DNA of 63,959 bases, counting the filler, from Collodictyon triciliatum (lineage: Eukaryota): assembly GCA_043381765.1 (NCBI GenBank). It is 4 parts of 4 records of this genome, joined end to end, with 100 filler letters (N's around TTAATTAATTAA, not from the genome) between each part and the next. Parts side by side here need not be neighbours in the genome. Positions count along the whole stretch, not along the records: positions 45,208 to 62,062 come from JBHJMP010001154.1; positions 62,163 to 63,959 come from JBHJMP010001325.1; 2 more parts are not named here. One strand, written 5' to 3'. The notes beneath the pieces were generated by a model, which saw only the letters and a program-made list of their open reading frames with translations, did no database searches and was not told where the DNA came from. Below, in pieces: positions 50,382-63,959 of the stretch (positions are counted from its first letter, which is position 1; every line of letters starts with the position of its first letter). Made by a program: the position numbers and the translations under genes.

Positions 50382-51565
50382 ACCCGCAACTGGAAACTGC
50401 AACACGTTTTGACAGCTTTCCATAATCTTTTCTGAGGCGACTCAGTTTCTTTTTTACTCTCTTGGCATCTATAAGAAGAAAAAAATAAACCAAATGCTTA
50501 AATCACGCCAATAATACGCAGGATGTATCTATCAAATCCACCAATTTAACAAACGGACTATCATAACCTCGTCTACTGCGCTTTTGTTTTTCCTTTTCTC
50601 AATTTCTACTTAATTGCAGTCATGAGAGGATTAGAGCGTGCACTAATTCTATCAATGAATATATTTTACCTTCTGACATTGATAGCTGGCGACACAGGTG
50701 GTCAATATCCCTTCTATCGAAACAAACTACAAAGAAAAGGTTGCACACTATAAGATGTGATTACACATTCAAAACAAGCATCATATGCAAAAGCACATTT
50801 GTTTCCAAGTGAGCGTAAGAGAAAACTTCCTGTTCTTTTTGAATTGACCCTTCTTTTTCTTTCCTTCAAAGATACCATAAGAATATAGAGGGAAAATATT
50901 TTTAAAATAATCAGAAAACCACACATCTAAATACAAGTATCAAAAACATTTTTTAAAAGTTTGGATAGGTATAATCAAATAATCAAATACTATATTGAAT
51001 TGATTTCATTTTTCATGNNNNNNNNNNNNNNNNNNNNNNNNNNNNNNNNNNNNNNNNNNNNNNNNNNNNNNNNNNNNNNNNNNNNNNNNNNNNNNNNNNN
51101 NNNNNNNNNNNNNNNNNNNNNNNNNNNNNNNNNNNNNNNNNNNNNNNNNNNNNNNNNNNNNNNNNNNNNNNNNNNNNNNNNNNNNNNNNNNNNNNNNNNN
51201 NNNNNNNNNNNNNNNNNNNNNNNNNNNNNNNNNNNNNNNNNNNNNNNNNNNNNNNNNNNNNNNNNNNNNNNNNNNNNNNNNNNNNNNNNNNNNNNNNNNN
51301 NNNNNNNNNNNNNNNNNNNNNNNNNNNNNNNNNNNNNNNNNNNNNNNNNNNNNNNNNNNNNNNNNNNNNNNNNNNNNNNNNNNNNNNNNNNNNNNNNNNN
51401 NNNNNNNNNNNNNNNNNNNNNNNNNNNNNNNNNNNNNNNNNNNNNNNNNNNNNNNNNNNNNNNNNNNNNNNNNNNNNNNNNNNNNNNNNNNNNNNNNNNN
51501 NNNNNNNNNNNNNNNNNNNNNNNNNNNNNATAAATTTAGTGAGAATGCATAATCGCACCCACCCA

Positions 51566-51640
<75 letters not shown>

Positions 51641-51677
51641 TTCCTTTATTCGATCCAAAGATGATTATTACTATTAC

Positions 51678-51774
<97 letters not shown>
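51566..51774. repeat. (TTA)n microsatellite, two blocks
   Basis: Directly visible. Confidence 0.95.
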
Positions 51775-51934
51775 TGGTATTCTGATTGCCTAGGAAACAT
51801 ATGAACATTATTCTCTCTTTTGTTATGTAGTCACAGCAGGCACATTTCCGTTATTTCTTAATCCCCTTCTTATCATCATCATAATCTATTATCACTGTCT
51901 AGAAGGAAAACCACATTTTTTTTAAATCGCGTAC

Positions 51935-61778
<9,844 letters not shown>

Positions 61779-61802
61779 CGACCAACTGCCGAGAGATAAT
61801 GA

Positions 61803-62062
61803 TAAGGTAAATGAAAAGGTAAATGAAAATGAAAATGAAAATGAAAATGAAAAGGTAAATGAAAAGGTAAATGAAAAGGTAAATGAAAAGGTAAATGAAA
61901 AGGTAAATGAAACGTAAATGAAAATGAAAATGAAAATGAAAATGAAAATGAAAATGAAAATGAAAATGAAAAGGTAAATGAAAAGGTAAATGAAAAGGTA
62001 AATGAAAAGGTAAATGAAAAGGTAAATGAAAAGGTAAATGAAAAGGTAAATGAAAAGGTAAA
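61803..62062. repeat. (GAAAAGGTAAAT)n/(GAAAAT)n tandem repeat at a scaffold end
   Basis: Directly visible. Confidence 0.95.
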
Positions 62063-62162
62063 NNNNNNNNNNNNNNNNNNNNNNNNNNNNNNNNNNNNNN
62101 NNNNNNTTAATTAATTAANNNNNNNNNNNNNNNNNNNNNNNNNNNNNNNNNNNNNNNNNNNN
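62063..62162. other. Artificial scaffold linker N44-TTAATTAATTAA-N44
   Basis: 12-mer at 62107-62118. Confidence 0.95.
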
Positions 62163-62605
62163 AAAAGAAGAAAAGAAGAAAAGAAGAAAAGAAGAAAAGA
62201 AGAAAAGAAGAAAAGAAGAAAAGAAGAAAAGAAGAAAAGAAGAAAAGAAGAAAAGAAGAAAAGAGAAAAGAGAAAAGAGAAAAGCCTCCATTATTGCCAA
62301 GACCACGAAATTCAGGTGGCCTATTGCTGTCTATCACTGCATCGTCACAGACTCCTCGAAAAGAAGTGATAGACAAAAGACAGCACCAATTATTATTGTC
62401 TTAGAACTTAGCCAGACACAATGACTGTCCATTCTTTTACTTCTCAAATTACTTTTCAATATTAATATAATACAGTCTATATTTGTATGCCAGATGTAAC
62501 AATTGATAGTCAATCGAAAGGACATACCGACGTAAAATTCCCTCACCAATGTTTATTTATTTATATATTTATTTTTCTTGCAATTTTCAAGGAGGAAGTG
62601 TTATC

Positions 62606-63798
62606 TCATATCTTAGTGCATGCTATGGGCTGATACACTTCATCGGCTAAAGAGAAATACGGAATACTACATAGGACGGGGGAGGTCACGACAACAACAT
62701 ACTTGCAAGACGACGGCTCTTTAATCTGTGAAATCATAGTTTGCGAGTCTCTGGTGCAGCGAAATTGGACCGTGGTCTGCAAATTATTCACAATAATAGG
62801 GATGCATAATTTAATAAAAGGGACAATTGAATAAACAAGCACATGCATGTAAAGAGCGTAGCCCGATATGATATAATCATAATATGACTGCCATTCGACC
62901 TCGCGTTCAATATTGTTAAGGTCGCACATCGTTCCTTCAGAATAAGTTTGCACGAAAAGAGCAGGTGTATCTTGGGCGCGATTTGGAGGAACAATTGTTG
63001 TGGGAATCTGCAGAGAGGTTGACTTCCCCAAGATGAAGTTGACCTTCGAAGTCTTGTCTTCATGGAACTGACGCAAGTGCCGCAAATGACAGAATTCGTA
63101 TGTCCACCAACCTTCCATCTGTAATTTAAAATGGTAATTACCAAGAGTGCGACGTACATGCAGACCACGGTTTGATGAATACTTGGATTGGGAAAAGCAG
63201 CAAAAATAAAAATAAAAATAAAAATAAAAATAAAAATAAAAATAAAAATAAAAATAAAAATAAAAATAAAAATAAAAATAAAAATAAAATAAAAATAAAA
63301 TAAAAATAAAAATAAAAATAAAATAATATAAAAATAAAAACAAAAACAAACCCTGTAAAGGCACGCTGTGTTCAGAGGCTCCAGCAACTTTAAAACCTCT
63401 TCGGGCGTGGGAACATCTGTGTGATTTTTCTTTGATTGTGAAGATGAGGGCGGAGGGACAAAGCATTTGTATTTTGCCCCGGTATGGTCCACCATATCCA
63501 CTTCTGCATAGTCTGGCTAATTTAAGCATTGCACTTTCAGATTTGCTTATCAATTGCGTACTAACAGAACGTGAACGAGTTGAAAAAAGTTGCTGGGAAT
63601 TGAGAACGAAATAAAAAATAAAGAAGTAAAAGGAAGACGAAAAGGTTTTAGAGTGCCCCAGAGTGCTATTAATTATTTCAAATACACGCTTACTCTTCGA
63701 TGAAAGTTTTTGGGATTCATCATGATGGAGTAACGTGTTTCCGTGGGAAGTTTACTAACTTCATCCTCGTTCAACATTAAAGACAATGGAGGATCCAG
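62606..63798 (-). CDS. OS9: OS-9/ERLEC1-like ER lectin (MRH domain), 5' partial
   Basis: Spliced MVDHTGAKYKCFVP...LLEPLNTACLYR|MEGWWTYEFCHLRHLRQFH...QTYSEGTMCDL...RE|TTVQFRC...IKEPSSCKYVVVVTSPVLC. The WW, Q, R, E and Y mannose-binding residues of the MRH domain are present. Confidence 0.88.
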
Positions 63799-63959
63799 CT
63801 ATCATTTCCCGTTAAGGCATTTGAAGGAAACCCCATTAAAAGAGTAATTTGAGTTAGAATTGACAAATAATAAATATATACTTTGAACCTGAAAGAAAAG
63901 GGCACCCTTTCTTCCCCACTAATTAATCTCTCTCTCTCTTCTATATGGTGCATAACAAA

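Noticed and set aside
61803-62062. Telomere-like repeat at a scaffold end
   Set aside because: Each scaffold end carries a different simple repeat, consistent with assembly breaks at microsatellites rather than one telomeric unit.
62285-62424. Possible terminal exon SIIAKTTKFRWPIAVYHCIVTDSSK...; similarly 118-279 (+) and ~22230-22339 (-)
   Set aside because: Short fragments at scaffold edges with no recognisable family; too little support to call.
63799-63832. U12-type intron in OS9 (CCTTAAC 12 nt before AG)
   Set aside because: No RTATCCTT donor was found, and the motif also fits an ordinary U2 branch point.

Overview
Intron-rich nuclear DNA from a flagellated microbial eukaryote, using the standard genetic code and GT-AG introns in every junction I traced. 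The window is four separate scaffolds joined by artificial 100-nt linkers (N44-TTAATTAATTAA-N44 at 22513, 45108 and 62063), with further internal N gaps and many microsatellites. I spliced the exons by hand, because the ORF track fragments or misses most genes. Genes recovered: an MFS transporter; a protein with two tandem glucodextranase/amylopullulanase-type DOMON-like domains (not identifiable from the ORF track); TTC25/ODAD4; the PP2A catalytic subunit; a Prp6-like HAT-repeat protein; a SCAB-like Ig+PH protein; a tandem-SPRY protein; a long coiled-coil protein; NDUFV2; a 2xCH/coiled-coil/PH protein; a frameshifted acetate:succinate CoA-transferase-like gene; the Sey1/RHD3 C-terminus; eIF3f; a ferlin; and OS-9. 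The most notable observations are the spliced prokaryote-type DOMON gene, the stand-alone SCAB-like module in a flagellate, the broken ASCT gene, and a recent exon+intron duplication in the CH-PH gene. All family assignments come from motif recognition by eye, not from database searches.
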